DNA of 64,000 nt from Lingula anatina (taxonomy: Eukaryota > Animalia > Brachiopoda). Of this stretch, positions 25,300 to 45,713 are shown one piece after another (position 1 is the first letter of the stretch; each line of letters starts with the position of its first letter). The stretch lies in contig CM120640.1 of assembly GCA_051362555.1 (NCBI GenBank), forward strand, positions 1,984,001 through 2,048,000, given 5' to 3'. Both the position numbers and the translations under genes were made by a program. The notes beneath the pieces were generated by a model. That model did not search any database and had not been told where the DNA came from. It saw only the letters and a list, made by a program, of their open reading frames with translations.

Positions 25300-26861
25300 T
25301 GAAATCAGAAATGATCCCACATCCAAAATCTGTTGGTGCTCAAATCTGCAGAGAACTTGATCCTTCTTACTTTTTGTTCATTTTGGAAAAGTGAAATGAT
25401 AATTCGAATTTATAGGAATTGAGGTATGTTTCAGTAGCTTGCTCTTTGTGGAAGTTGCTTTGTGACACTCATTATATATTGCTTTATGAGGCCTCAACAG
25501 GTAATTTTTTTTATTATTTTATAAAAGACTTTTTCTTTCCATGTTCAGCCTCTTAAGAAACCCTGTTTTCTTTTGAAGTATAACTACTCAAACTATTCCT
25601 TTTTAAAAAGTTACTAAAAGATGTGAAGTATTTTTTTTTTAAATTAAATCTGTAAATTATTTTTTTTTTTTGGAAATAGTGATAGCCAAGATGTAAACAA
25701 AAAATGTATGAGGCTTACCTCTGTAAGGAAAAATTGAAGTTGAAAGTATGAAAAACTGTCACAAAACTGGAGCACCTCTACCCAAAGTTATTTCCCATTT
25801 TTCACCTTCAGAATCCCCTCCTGTTGAAGCCTCTACTCCCCCTGATAAGGTAAATCACACACGGAAGCTATTTTCAACCAATGATAAGGTTTTTCCATTT
25901 AGATAAAGCTCTGACAACTCTCACAGTCAACAATGCCTAGTTGAGTGAAAATACAGAAACCTAACAACGACAAAGATTTCAACCAATTTACTTCAAAATT
26001 TAATGCACATCCCCAAAGTAAATGTTCAAGAGGTTTATTGTTTTCATCATAAGACCTCTTCTTCCAGAGTACTTAATTACACCAATAAAAGGAAAGGTTA
26101 AGACTTTATCTACAAATAAATATCTAGAGGCTAAATTTTTTTTCAATTTGAAATGAAATTAGTTTTTTTGATCTGCTTTATTGTTCTCAGTAATTACTGT
26201 ACGTGCTGCAACAAATGTAAATGTCCAATTGCATTTCACCAAAACGTTGAACCATTTCTGTGTCTCCCATGCCTGGTGCCTTTTACCTCAAGGGGTTATA
26301 TCTTCACAGGCAACTTAATTAAGATCTCCACAATCTGTTACAAGAATAAGAGCATTTCCTAAAACCTATCAAAAAAGCCGGTTCTCAAGAGCTAGTGGCT
26401 CCTGAAATATTTCTTCCATTTGATTGAGAGCAATAAATGCACTTAAGAAATTAATTTCTGAGGCAACTCCACAGAAATGTCAGAGGTTCTGTATGAAGTG
26501 CCTGACAACCAAATTCCCCCGGGTCACTGCAATCAATTAAGCTAGTTGTGAGAAGGTTACAGATGGCAAAATTCAATAATTGGAGAGAGGGCTTGTTAGA
26601 GCACTCTTCAGGCCATAGCAGACATTGTGGTTTGATATTAAATACAAGAACACATGTTGAAATTTTATCAATTTATAATCATTTTGTGCCTCAATGTTCA
26701 TCAATTATCAATTAAAAAGGTTTATTTTTGGGTTGTTACACAAGTTTTTTTTAGCCACATCCTTACTTGAAGGGTGAATCTATTAATTTGTTAAATTGTT
26801 AAATATTCAAGTCAGCAGTGAGGCCATCTTTACCCAATGACATTTCATGGTTATCCTTTTT

Positions 26862-27072
26862 AGAGGGTGGGGAATACCTTTTGTGTTCCGCGTGATTGGC
26901 CTTATTTTTCAAGCTTGATGTGTTATTTGAGCCCAATATTCTGCGTGAAACATGATTCAGGAATTCTTGGTGATTGGTGATTGGCTTGAATATAGTTTAA
27001 TTGGATGCTTGGTGATTGAGCTGTTTTTATCTTGGTGATTGGTGACTAAGAGGGGGGTATTCCCTACCCTCT
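26862..27072. mobile_element. ~210-bp TIR element (MITE) with repeated GTGATTGG motifs
   Basis: AGAGGGTGGGGAATACC ... GGTATTCCCTACCCTCT inverted termini (16/17 match). Confidence 0.65.
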
Positions 27073-28107
27073 TTATACAGCTGACCATCCTCATATCCTA
27101 AAGTCAATGTGCTATAAAACTCTCCCTCCTAGTCTGGGTGCGGTTTTACACCACAATTCCACTTGTAAGAAACTTTATACATGAACCAGGTAATGTTAGT
27201 TTGGAGCAGTTTTGAACTTTGACTGTGGGAGTTTTTTTGTAATGATCCTATTTGGAAGTACATAGGAATATGATTCAAGTCACGTTGGTTTGGGGTTATT
27301 GTTAAAAACTCCCTAAATATGTATGAGTCATGTACCCTAGTTGGGCTTGAGGTCAGTGTGTAAACCATTATCTCAATCCTCCTGTCCATGCTGTTCACTT
27401 TATACATATGTGTATAAAATAAAGTGTGTCATATAATCTAAACAGTAAGGACACCACAACAGATTATGTGGAGATAACTTTGATAAAATTCTACAACAGT
27501 AATTTTGCTGTCCACGTTGTAAAATAACTGGTTTGCTGAACCTTAAAAGAAAATTTTCTTAGCTTAAGACTCACATTATAAAATGCTTTGTTACAAATGT
27601 TACAAGGATTATAGAGACATGGGGTGGAAGCTACTCATAAAACATTTAAAAAAATTAAGGACACAATACCATCAACCTCAAATACACCGATTCAGTGCTG
27701 ACATATGATTTACACTAAATACACCTGCAAACATTCACATTTCCTCATAATTTACTTCGATAAATATTCTAATAAATAGTTTAAACTACAGACTGAGAAA
27801 TCTGATTAATTTTTTCTTCACTTACTTTGAGGGCAATTTTTATCAGTCTCTTTCCTATAAAATATTACATTCCAAATAGGCCAATTACCTTTTTAATTCC
27901 TCTGGTCAAGATTCTATAAATGTATGCCAAGGGTTTTATATCAATGAACACCAGGTCTAATCTAACACCAAATTATTTAATCAGAATAATACAAATACAG
28001 AAGTTTGGAGAGAGTTCAGCAATTGTGGTAGCTAAGATAAATGCATCTTGACGCATAGCTCACCAGGCACATTCACAACTGTCCCATTTGGATGATTTCT
28101 CCAGAAG

Positions 28108-28236
28108 ACAAGGTTCAAGAAATCTTTATAAGAACCTCTCCTGAAGGGTTTGTTTCTTCATTTCAAGTAAAAAGGTAAATTTAAGCAAAAGACCCCTTAC
28201 AACAATTATTTGTTAGAAACGACTTCTTGAACCTGG
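28108..28236. mobile_element. Possible small degenerate MITE
   Basis: Imperfect inverted termini CAAGGTTCAAGAAATC / GACTTCTTGAACCTGG. Confidence 0.35.
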
Positions 28237-28838
28237 TACCAGTTTTGATGAGACTTAAAACTCAGAGATAAAGTAGGAAAATGCAAGTTCCAAAGGCACA
28301 AAGCTCTTTGTTGGGGGTCCAGAGGGCATCAATAATGCGTCCAAATTTCCTGGAAATCTTCATCTCTAAATTCAAAGTTTTGAGCATTCTGTTGAGCACT
28401 CAAAACCAGGAAATTAAAAAATAAGACTAACAACTAAAGTTAAAGTTTATTTTTCCTTATAAATAATGATACAAGATTATAGAGGCTCAGAAACATTTCA
28501 ATGCACTGCTGCTCTCAAATTAAGCCCATTCCCTTGGAAAAAGCACATACATAAATAAACAGTTGTCATAAACCAGCACCTTGTGCTTAACATGAAAGAG
28601 TAGAAGACTGGAATGTGTAGAATCCAAGACACCCAAAGAAAAGAAAATCAATTTTCCCATAACATGACATTCCTAATAACTTTCTTTAACATAACACTAT
28701 GAGACAGCCATAGTCATGTACTATGGTCATCCAATCATCCCAAAGACCACAAAAGAACATGTTATGGGCAAGTTTAAGTTTTTGCAAATGAGAGACATTA
28801 TTCACCATAAATTATTGCCAGACATATTCTTAATCTTA

Positions 28839-29048
28839 GACTGCATTCCCACAGATTTTTGGATCGATCTATCCCCGTGGGGAGTCTCACTAGATTGCTG
28901 TCGGCTTAGCCGGCTTAAATGTCTGTCCCGCCTACTAAAAGTTGTAAGGGGGTAATTAACTTTCGTGCGCACTCGGCTGACAGCAATTTAGCATGAACCC
29001 CCAGGGAGTTAGGTCGATCCAGATGGATCAATCTGTGGGAATGCAGTC
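28839..29048. mobile_element. PIF/Harbinger-like MITE (family A)
   Basis: Perfect TIR GACTGCATTCCCACAGAT / ATCTGTGGGAATGCAGTC with a TTA target duplication. A decayed relative lies at ~29230-29365. Confidence 0.85.
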
Positions 29049-29996
29049 TTAAATATCTTGGAAGCCCCATAAAACAAAATTTGCTGGTGCTCATTGCAGA
29101 GACTTCAGTCAGCATCAAGATTTACTCAAGTCACCACATTTGCCAACATTAAGACTGAGGAACTCTAAAAATTAACATCATGAGTTCCTTCTTTCTGGTA
29201 TTTAAGGGTCATTTCCACTGAAACTATCAACATAGATAGATCAATCCAACTCCCCAGGGAATCTAGCTGAATGCAATCAGATAAACAAGCCTCTTTTTGG
29301 CATCGAGTAGAATACTGAAAAGCTGGTGTTTATACAAGCTCATTGGATCAATCTAGGTAGAATGTTAATTTAACTGGGTACGAGCCCCAAGTCAAATATG
29401 ATCATATTATATATTTCTAATGAACAGGGTTTTTCACTCAGAAAAGCTTTCATTGGGATTACTGCAGAATTATACAGTTTACAGTCCAATTTGTTCATGA
29501 AAAAAAAATGACAAAACAAAACACCAGGTCTCAAATTGCACGATGCTGGTTTTGAGTTTCACAATACCATATGAAAGGCAACCTGTTCCACTTAATTTGC
29601 AAATTAATACATTTTTAGTAACAAACAGTATAAAAGCATGACTGAAGTCAAAATTAACTATGCAAATACATAAACTTTATAAGATTGTCAACAAGAAAGC
29701 TGAAAGACAATGTAAGCCAAAAACTTTGTTCTCAAAATTATTTTGCAGAAGACTTGCCCATTTTCTATAACTACAGAGCACAAATGATATTTCAATCAAA
29801 ATGGCAATGGTAAAAAAGACAGCATAATAACATGATTTGGGAATCTTTTTCCAACAACAATAACCACAAAAAAATAAAGTGGATCTCTACAACAAAACCC
29901 CCAAAAACAAGGACATTCACGTAAACTTTGGTGTGTGCATGCATGCACGTCCTTTCTTGTAATCAGATGCTCATTATATTAAACTAAATGATATCA

Positions 29997-32900
29997 ACAA
30001 GGCAGCAAAGCTGTCAAATGTACAGACAAAAAGCAGGAAATAACTATGCACAAAATAGGCTACTGTCAATTCTGATGCAAAAGTACATTATGTTAAACTG
30101 CAAATTCAACATCAAATTTTAATTATGCTCAACAGGTAATACCAATGTAAGTAAAATGTGTAACAAACATAAGGCTTCAGGCCCATGGCATTTCAAGTTC
30201 ACACTTTGAAAATGTATAACTTCCAGAAAAAGAAGCCAATTAGACTGCTTTTCCAACTCAGGCTGCATTTTAGTCCTGTATTTCTTTTTTGAACATTTGG
30301 CAATCATCACTAACATGGTTTTCCCATAATGGTCATTATGGCAGCAGCACCCAAAATTGTGTTTTCTTCTATTCTGATGCAATATTACATACGGTAATGT
30401 GCCAAGCATTTCGACGGGCCCAGTCAATCCGACCACAAAAATTATTTTATAAAATTAATTTTTCTGGGCTCAAACAATTAGTCCATACGTCAAAATCATG
30501 GGACAGAATTTTTTTCTTGTTCCGATTGTTCGACCACATCGTCGACAAGACTCGGTAAATTTTCAAGCCAGTGAAATAGATGCTGCATGCCTCGGCCCTT
30601 TGTCAATTGTTGTCCTTTCAATAGCTCTCGTCAATGAGGGAGAAACAATTAACTGAAGATCTAATATGGAAGCATGACGTACCTGTCTTTTCCTTTGTCC
30701 CCGATGACAATAATAGTGCTTATAGACATACAAATTTTGCTAATTAAGCAGACTTGCCCTCGCTGACTGATTCATCACGCCCGTAACTGGGGAGGGGGGG
30801 GGGGTAAAAAAAGGTCTATTCTGGATGAAACCAAATATCGACAGTGGGTAGAATACGTCGTAAACACCTTCATATACTGTAGACCATATATCCCGTTTGC
30901 TAGCAATAAAAAGTTTGGGAAGAATAAGCAATTTATTTTCAAGTTCGATTGAAATATATATGCAGACGGGGAAACGTTCTTGAAGTCAACGATCTTACAT
31001 TTACTACAATCGACCGAAAGATCAGCGGGATCGACCGCCTAGACTTCTTGGCGCCAAATACCACGCGCTGTCAAAATCTGACGAACACGTGTCGCTGTTC
31101 ACCTACATGGATAACTGATTTGTCAACAATAAAAATGACGTCTTCCTTAACTCCATGGGAGCTTCATAGAGAGTTCCACTGGGTATTTACGTTACCTGTG
31201 AGTCACTTTCTATTTCCCCAGATGCATGAAATGTTGATAATATTTAGCGTAATCCACGACGAACTCCATTCCTGTGACCCCCCTCCCCCCAAATGGGACC
31301 GTCTTCATTAACATGTGGTTTGCGCTATGCTGGAGCAGGCCAGATAAAAGCAGTCTCTCATTTCTGCATGTGCTCAATTCTCACGTCAAATTATAAATGC
31401 ACCTGTTTTGTGAAAATTATGGCAAGCAAATGCTTTTTTTACGTTCGGGTTGTATCAGTGGGGTTTTCAATATGCACCGTGGTTTGTGCACAGCGAGAGT
31501 ATATAAGTAAGAAAATCGGAAGAGTGCAAGCAAGATACTGTATGTCTATCGGCACAGGTACGCTCCGTATTTTGCCTTTTCTCAATATGTTTTTATATGA
31601 CATGCTTTTTAAATAAAATACTTAATAGTAATTTGAAGTTACACTGATTTCCGTTTGAGTATTCTTTGATACGGGTGATTGAATTTTCTTCGGAAGTACG
31701 TACGTCTACGCCTCGACGCTGAGCAAGCCTTGCGGGTTGAAAACAACTAATCTCAGACTGGTAAAAAAATTCAATTCGGTTGATTTCAGTTGTCATATTA
31801 AAATTCAAATAGGGCGTACGTAAATCACATAACTGGTTTAAGTCCACTAAAGCTACTGGTTTCAAGTATAAGTGACCGGCCTTTGTTTACAACACCTGTC
31901 TCCGGGGAAATACTCGTCCCACTTGTGAAGCGCATCATGAAAGTGATCGTAGGTGAGGGAAATATATAATTAAAAATTATAATTGTCGTCTTTTTAATGT
32001 TAAGTAATGTTAGCACATATTGTACACAGCAAAATAAGATTTCAGGAGGATAAAACATGCCTGAAACATGTGTTAGGCGAAGATTGCGGCTTATCTTGCA
32101 TAACACTTCCGGTAAAATGCAACACTTCCGGAAAGATGGACGTTTTGGCAGATGCCCCTAACAATCCGACGATATCAAAGGTTTCCATTTGCTGTATTTT
32201 AATCAATTCAACCAAACTGACATTTCCATGAAATTAATTAATTTATCTTGGTCGAATTATTTGGCATATTACCGTAATGGTTAACAGCATAATGACCGTC
32301 AATTTTTAATAATAAAATATACGTATCATGGATTTTCAGAAAATGTGACTAGCATGGGTCTTCAAGCCCATGGAACTTCAAAGTCACACCTTGAAAATGC
32401 CAATATGTGAAAAATTAAATTTTCATTAAAAAAAAAATGTTTAACTAGCAGAAAGAATTACCAAACAGACTGCATTGCCTACTGAAGCTGTATTTTAGTC
32501 CCATGTTTCTTTCCTGTAAGTTTGAGAACAGTAAGTGACATGATTTTTCTTAAATGGTCATCATGGGAGCAGTGCCCAAAATATTTTTTTCCAAATTTTG
32601 ATGCAATATTACATAACGTTTAACAGCATAATGACCATCAATTTTTAATAATAAAATATTAGTATTATGGATATTCAGAAAATTTGACTAGCAAAGGTCT
32701 TCAGGCCCATGGAACTTCAAAGTCACAACTTGAAAATGCCAAAATGTAAACAAGACAGCACTATTCTGAAATGGGTTTATTTCCATTTTTAACACTTTTT
32801 TAACATAAAACAAAATTAACAGTTTACTGCCATTTTTATATGATCAACTAAGAAAATTGATGAGATGTGAAAAATATCAATAGAACAGTGTCAAAAGTCC

Positions 32901-33720
32901 AATTTCCTCCATTCTGAGTTTCTGAACATAGTGAATGATTGAATCTTACAAACTGCAATGATATGAGTTTATTTCCATTTTTGAAACTTTATTACACAAT
33001 ACACAATAACAAGTTTACCATCATTTTTACAAAATCAACTAACAATGTTGTAAAGATGCAGGAAATGTCAAACAAACACTTTTACAAATCTTATTAGTTA
33101 AATAATGAGACTGTTAACATGCCTAAGAATTGAATCTGAGGAAATGTTTAAAAACAGCATAACTTATAAAATAATGGCCTGATTATGCTGATTTTCGAAC
33201 TTGACCTGCATTTTAGTAAGATTAATTACTCCTGTGAGTTTCATGACAACAGGTCTATCGGTTTTCCTTGAAATGTGTTAACAGTGTTGCACATATGCTG
33301 AAAAGTGAAAAAAACAGCATAACTACTAAAATAGTGGCCCGATCATGCCGATTTTCGAACTTGATCTGCGTTTTAGAAAGATTAATTACTCCTGTGAGTT
33401 TCATGACAACAGGCCTATCGGTTTTCCTTGAAATGTGTTAACAGTGTTGCATATATGCTAAAAAGTGAAAACACAGCATAAATACTACAATAATTGCCCA
33501 AACATGCTGATTTTCGAACTTGACCTGCGTTTTATGAATATTCATCAGCTCTGTAAATATAAAGCCAAAAAGTAAAACTGTCTTCCACTTATCGTGTTAA
33601 CGATGAAAGTGCACGGCGACGGCGACGGCGACGGCGACATCGACAGCGACAGGGACGGCGACGGCGACGACAGACGCAGGTGATGGCAATATGTACAGAC
33701 ACATCTGTGTCTGTACATAA
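29997..33720 (-). mobile_element. HINE-like element family 2, interrupted by a TIR transposon
   Basis: One end has the hairpin ATGTACAGACAC-atct-GTGTCTGTACAT plus a (CGGCGA)n microsatellite. The other end has the subTIR ATGTACAGACA and the stem-loop GGCAGC-aaa-GCTGTC. There are internal ~160-bp repeats. Colinear with 50561-52748 apart from an internal deletion near 30212. Confidence 0.8.
30392..32274. mobile_element. 1.9-kb non-autonomous TIR DNA transposon with TA duplication (Tc1/mariner-superfamily-like)
   Basis: TIRs CGGTAATGTGCCAAGCATTTCGAC / GTCGAATTATTTGGCATATTACCG with TA on both sides. Removing it restores ATTACATAATG.TTAACAGC as seen at ~51320. No recognisable transposase ORF. Confidence 0.8.
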
Positions 33721-35281
33721 AAAAGAAATATAAGATCTTACAGGTAGATAGTAGGAAAACATGAGTAAGTTGTGTTGAAAGGAAAAGATTTCCATCAGGA
33801 GCATAAAAGAAATCAAGTTTATGTCAACACAAGACCATGGCAAGGTATACAATAGTACCCAGCGAGGTGACAATGTCAGCACAGGATAGAAGGCAATAAA
33901 CTAATCAAATATGGCGTGACCCACTGGAAAGCATGTACCGAGATTAAAGTGCTCTGCTCCTTCTGGGATGGTGCGCGTTTGAGGAAGAAAATTGTTAGGG
34001 GATTATGCAGCTTGCTTTCAAGTGCACATCATATTTGACTACTCAATCTGCAGATCAACTGGTTCTGAAATGCTCACTAAGAGAAGCAAGTATATTTCTG
34101 TGCACAATAATCATTTCATTGTATTCACGTGTGTGTGTTTGGAGGAACATGTTCCTGCATGCACATTTTCAAGTAGAATTCTCTGCCAGATCAATCAATA
34201 TGATTTAATACCAAGCAGTGAGAGGGCACTGTTTAATGTGATAGCAGTTCACAGACCCAGCTGCTGGGTAGCCTTAATGATGACGGAAAATTACATTTGC
34301 ATAAAGCACAAATAACCCACAATTATCTAGGCACACAGACCAGGCAGAGCAGTAGGACAATACTTCAACCCAAAATACTGAATTTGATATATTTTATATG
34401 ATTTTTTTTATATAAATGCATTCTGAACATAAAGGTAATAAAACAATTGCTAACTACTGACTGTCATTCAGATTAATTTATAATCCAACTTTGTCTTAAT
34501 TCTCTCTATATATATATAACTTAAATTTAAAAAAAAAATCATAAAAGAAAGTATATATTTACAGTCTGAAGAGAGTTTCTTGGTAACTTAGATATCATAT
34601 TCCTGCATTTACATGAGCAAAAAAAGATATTTATAAATACGAAGTCAAATGAACACGGTACTACATGTACCAATATAGCCTGCTGAATAATATGAATTAT
34701 TAAATACCATCTGACATATTGTCCTCTAATACTTGTAATTAAGGTCCAAAACACCAGAACCTAGGTATTACACTTGGCATCATATGCACTGCACATTATT
34801 ATTCTATTTCAGGAAAGTTTGCTGTAAGAACAGATACCTACAGCTAACTAGGTGCAATGATGGGCAATGATTTAATGAAGATAGAAACCGAGGCTTATCA
34901 CCAATAACAACTTGAAACATAACAAAACTTGAGCACTCCTGTAGAACCCTTCACACAACCTCTGTGGGTATGTGGTAATGGTGGCGCTGTCTGCCCTCTC
35001 AACCTCAACCTTGATGACTGAAATAGGACAGGAAAAAAACATCTTACTATAGTCATTATAACAGTGTAGTTAAAGAAAAATGAGATACAAATGTACTTTG
35101 TAATTTTCATGAATGCATAAATAATCACATTTTTCAAATATACAGTGTCCATGTTTGGGAGAGGTTTTTATCCTAATTATGCTCAAATCTTTTAGTGCTG
35201 CAAAACCAATACAAATAATAATAATAATAATAATAATAAACGAATAAAATTTCATAAATCACTTTCTTACCTGCATCAAGT

Positions 35282-37400
35282 CTACCTCTTATTGCTGCGC
35301 ATTTCAAACAAAGTGTTGTCATCCTCTTCATCGCTTTGTTCCAAAGGCCTCATTTCCATGTTGTCTGATGTCGCCAGAACACCATACTTCCTGGATTTAT
35401 TTTTTGCTTTTCTAACCCTAAAAAAAAGCACAAAAATATTATTTTCAACATAAATCATCACAGTTTTGTTAAGGCAAACATGTAAAATCCACCTATATAG
35501 TCAGAAGATCCAGTTACACTTTACCATTTATTATTTTTTAAAATCTGGGTATTCAATTTTTAAATATCGCAGTTTTGTTCATAACAATGTGACAACTTAG
35601 TTGTTATAATACATGCATTAAGAATATTTTTATTGCAGTTGCTGTGGAAAGCTTATAAAACTTGAATCATTTTCATCCAGACTCCAGAGAATATTGAAAA
35701 TGTTACCCTTACATTCATACACTACCAGCACCAGGATACATCAGTCTAACAGACTACTGTGTGGAGATCTATATTAGTTGTACGACCATTATTATGTGGG
35801 GAAAAGTAGGTCAAAATAAAATCAACACAACTTGGAGGTTTTCTGTTGTATAAACTGTCCTGAACTGAATAATTATCTTGTCATCTTTGCACAAACCACT
35901 CCTCATTCAGTCTTAGGCTCTATTCCCATAGATTTTAGATCGATCTATCCCCGCGGGGAGTCTCACTAGATTACTTTCAGATAATCCGACTTAAATGTCC
36001 GTCCCGCCTACCACAAGCTGTAAGGGGTAATTAACTTTCGTGTCCGCCCGGCTGACAGCTATTTAGCGTGAACCCCCAGGGAGTTAGGTCGATCTAAAGT
36101 AGGTCGATCTAATCTATGGAAATGGGGTGTACAAGTCAAGTTTTCAGTTCTTTAGCTCACCCCAATTGTTTTTGCAATAATAAAGTACTGGCTATTACTG
36201 AAATCTACAAGTTTATTGAAATAAAACTAAACAAAATGAATGAATGAAATAAAGTTGAGATCCACCTGTGGCTGGTGAGCAAGGATTCTTAGCACATTAA
36301 ACTGTAAGTTCCAAAGATGTCTGACTTTCTACACTAACATGTAAGTCTGAGAGTCACGACTTGTCAGTAAAAGTTACTAAAACACATGCAGCCTCCTTGG
36401 TATTTAACAAGAGTATAAAATCTTAAGAACTGACACTTTGTACAGGTATTTTCTCTTTCAGTTAAACCACTGAGAACCTGGCCAGAGCAACCATTTGGAA
36501 GAAAAAGTGCCGTCATTGCCAAAATTATCAAAAATGCTAAAATTATCCTTCAAAAGGTAAAAGGAATCAGACCGTGGTCATTTTCAAATCCAACCTGCAT
36601 TTAAGTCCAATGAGAAACCAAGAGTTTGAAGCAAAACAGTAACATGGCACTAACTGTCACAGTCTGTGTTCAGTTATTGTTTTTTAAAAAATTCACACTG
36701 CTGCAACTTCAGTTCTGACGCCAGGTGGAGACGATGGCAATATATGTACAGACACCACCACCTGCACATGTGATAGAAGCCAGAAATAAACTACTAGGTA
36801 GAAGTCAGAAATAAACTACTAGGTCATTTTTGCAGTAATGGTGGCACCTGCATATGTCAAAACTAAACTTGAAATTGTATGCAGCGTTTCTTAAATAATA
36901 AGTTTAATCTCAAATAATGGCAGACTTCAACTACAATCATGAATGTGCTACTGTATTTATCACTGACATGGGCATTTATTATAGTCCAAAAACTGTTGAA
37001 TAACACTTAACAGGAAGACAATTTCTTACCTGATATACTTAATTCCAAAATAGACAATGACTATGAATGTCACCCCCAGCAGCACGTAAAAGGCCCTCTG
37101 CAACATGGCTCGATTCTCATTTATTTTTTTCCAAATATACCCCGTCGATACTTGTTCTGTATCATTGGTCGTCGTACTGTTACAGGTGTTATTTTCACCT
37201 GAACTGTTTGTGCAAGGTGTTGCCACTGTTGTAGTGAGTGTGTCATTTTGAGCTGCTGAGTTTCCTACAGATCTGTCGCCCGCTGTCTTTCCTTCAACAC
37301 TGGCGCTGTCAATTCGAACAACTAATAAAACGACAACAAGGCACCATATTCCTAGTGCAAGCACGCCTGTCCTCTGTGCTTGATTCATGTCTGTTTTCAT
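35282..37400 (-). CDS. FAM174: FAM174-family single-pass membrane protein
   Basis: Exons 37400-37030 and 35417-35282. Encodes a signal peptide, an S/T/N-rich ectodomain, the TM segment MLQRAFYVLLGVTFIVIVYFGI, and the family tail KSRKYGVLA..DNMEMRPLEQSDEEDDNTLFE. A 3'UTR intron (35270-35018) begins 11 nt after the stop. Confidence 0.88.
35916..36129. mobile_element. PIF/Harbinger-like MITE (family A)
   Basis: Homologous to 28839-29048 along its length. Confidence 0.8.
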
Positions 37401-37798
37401 CTGAACTTAAAGCGAATTCTATAAATTCATTTTCCACACCAACAAGCTTTCCTGCGTTCTTACCAGCAGTCTGAGTCTGCTGACTAGCACATCATCATCC
37501 AAAAATGGCGTTTACTGACGACAGCTTCCGGTTTGGAGGCTATTTAAATTTTTCCTACCTTTATGTTTAAAAAAGAGCATTGTTGGTATTTTAAGAACGT
37601 CATTCAGCAGTAAAGCGCTGTCGTTTTATTTCCTTGTAATCATGTTTGATTCCACTGCTTTTCTCTTGCATTTCGGCATAAAATCAAAAATATGGCGTGG
37701 AGAGTATAACATAGGCCCATGTGTACCTTAGCTGTAGGCTGATAAATGTTAACCGGCGTCAGGTTGTTGCACTGAATTATTTCAGTTTCAGCTGACAC
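37401..37798. promoter_or_regulatory. Bidirectional promoter FAM174 / ALG6
   Basis: The start codons are ~400 bp apart head-to-head. YY1-like AAAATGGCG at ~37502 and ETS-like CTTCCGG at ~37525. Confidence 0.65.
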
Positions 37799-44481
<6,683 letters not shown>

Positions 44482-45454
44482 ATTCTTCAGATCTGCAGGG
44501 ATTATAGAACCAGTTCAAAAAATAAATATGGGAAAAAAGGACAACTTTACCATGTCTGCAGGGATAAATAATAATGTCCTCATTATTTTATTGATTACAC
44601 CATATGTACGTAACGTGTGGTAAATTGCCTACTGTACTTGCTTGTATTGGTTTCTCCCATTTGGTAGTTACATGTCATTTGAAAATAAATATTTGTATTG
44701 GAATTAAAATATTATTTAGTTTAAATATTGGCATAATTATGGCATTTATACTAATGCCTTTCATATACATGTATACTCGGTGGAGTATGGGCAATAAAGA
44801 TATTCTAAGAAAGGTTAAGTGAGTTTCATAATTTCTGTTTAGCACAGGGTGCAAATGTGCTGGCAAATATACAGACATTTTTTATCTGTTAAAAGTTAAA
44901 ATAAAAAGAAAAGAATACTTTAAATTTTACCAACAGTTAAAGGGCCAAGCTCCAGCACCTTCAGGTTAAACAGATTTAGATTAGGATTTTGATGATGATG
45001 GAAGTACTTCATTACATTAGACAAATTTTAATATCATGTCCCATTAGATAATTAAAAAAAAACATTTTGAAAAATCTACAATACATGTAGTAACTGCTCC
45101 AAATATCTCATTAAATAATCTTCATACATTCTATTTCTTAACAAGAGTTCCTAAATAAAATATGCAATCCTCTCTCCAGTTGGGTTCCTTACATCCAAGT
45201 GTTCCAAAGGGCAGGTGTTATTAAAAGAGTTTGTTTATTATTTCTTCATGAGGCAGGGGCACCAACTTCCTTGTCTGTGTCTTCTCTGTAGTCAAAAAAA
45301 TATTCTATAAAAGTCCTATATCAGTGTAGTACTGTACCAGTAAGTAGTTGGTGCAAAATTAAATATGTTCAACTTAAAACCATTAGGATCAGTCAATATA
45401 TCAATATACATATGTATATATAGACAGATAGATAGATAGATTAGCCAGCAATCT

Positions 45455-45591
45455 AAAAAGGGGGGTTCTTTTTCTGAAAAAGTGGACCTTTTCCCATAAA
45501 AACATAGATCAAATTTTACCCTGAGTGGACCTTTCCCAGCAAAAGGGCCGGTTCTTTCGAACCTCCCGAACCCCCCCTGGCTACAGGCCTG
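45455..45591 (-). mobile_element. Fragment of a hAT-like MITE end
   Basis: The minus strand reads CAGGCCTGTAGCCAGGGGGGGTTCG, similar to common invertebrate CAGGGGCGTAGCCAG termini. No partner end was found. Confidence 0.35.
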
Positions 45592-45713
45592 TAGATAGTA
45601 GTATATTGGCATGTCTAAACTGAACAATCATAAGGACTCAAGGACTCTTCCCCTATGAGGTTAAGTTGGTTTCAAATAGTGATTTACCTTGGCTACCCGA
45701 GGGATTCGAATCG

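Noticed and set aside
30680-31000. Candidate GPCR first exon at a minus-strand GACAG|GTACGT donor in CpG-rich DNA
   Set aside because: It lies inside the TA-flanked transposon, and there is no independent support.
30949-32231. ORFs inside the TA-flanked element as a transposase
   Set aside because: They are short, lie on mixed strands, and show no recognisable DDE/D or HTH motifs.
36500-36825. Decayed HINE family-2-like fragment and a 25-bp direct repeat
   Set aside because: Too degenerate to delimit reliably; only the GATGGCAATATATGTACAGACAC motif is clear.
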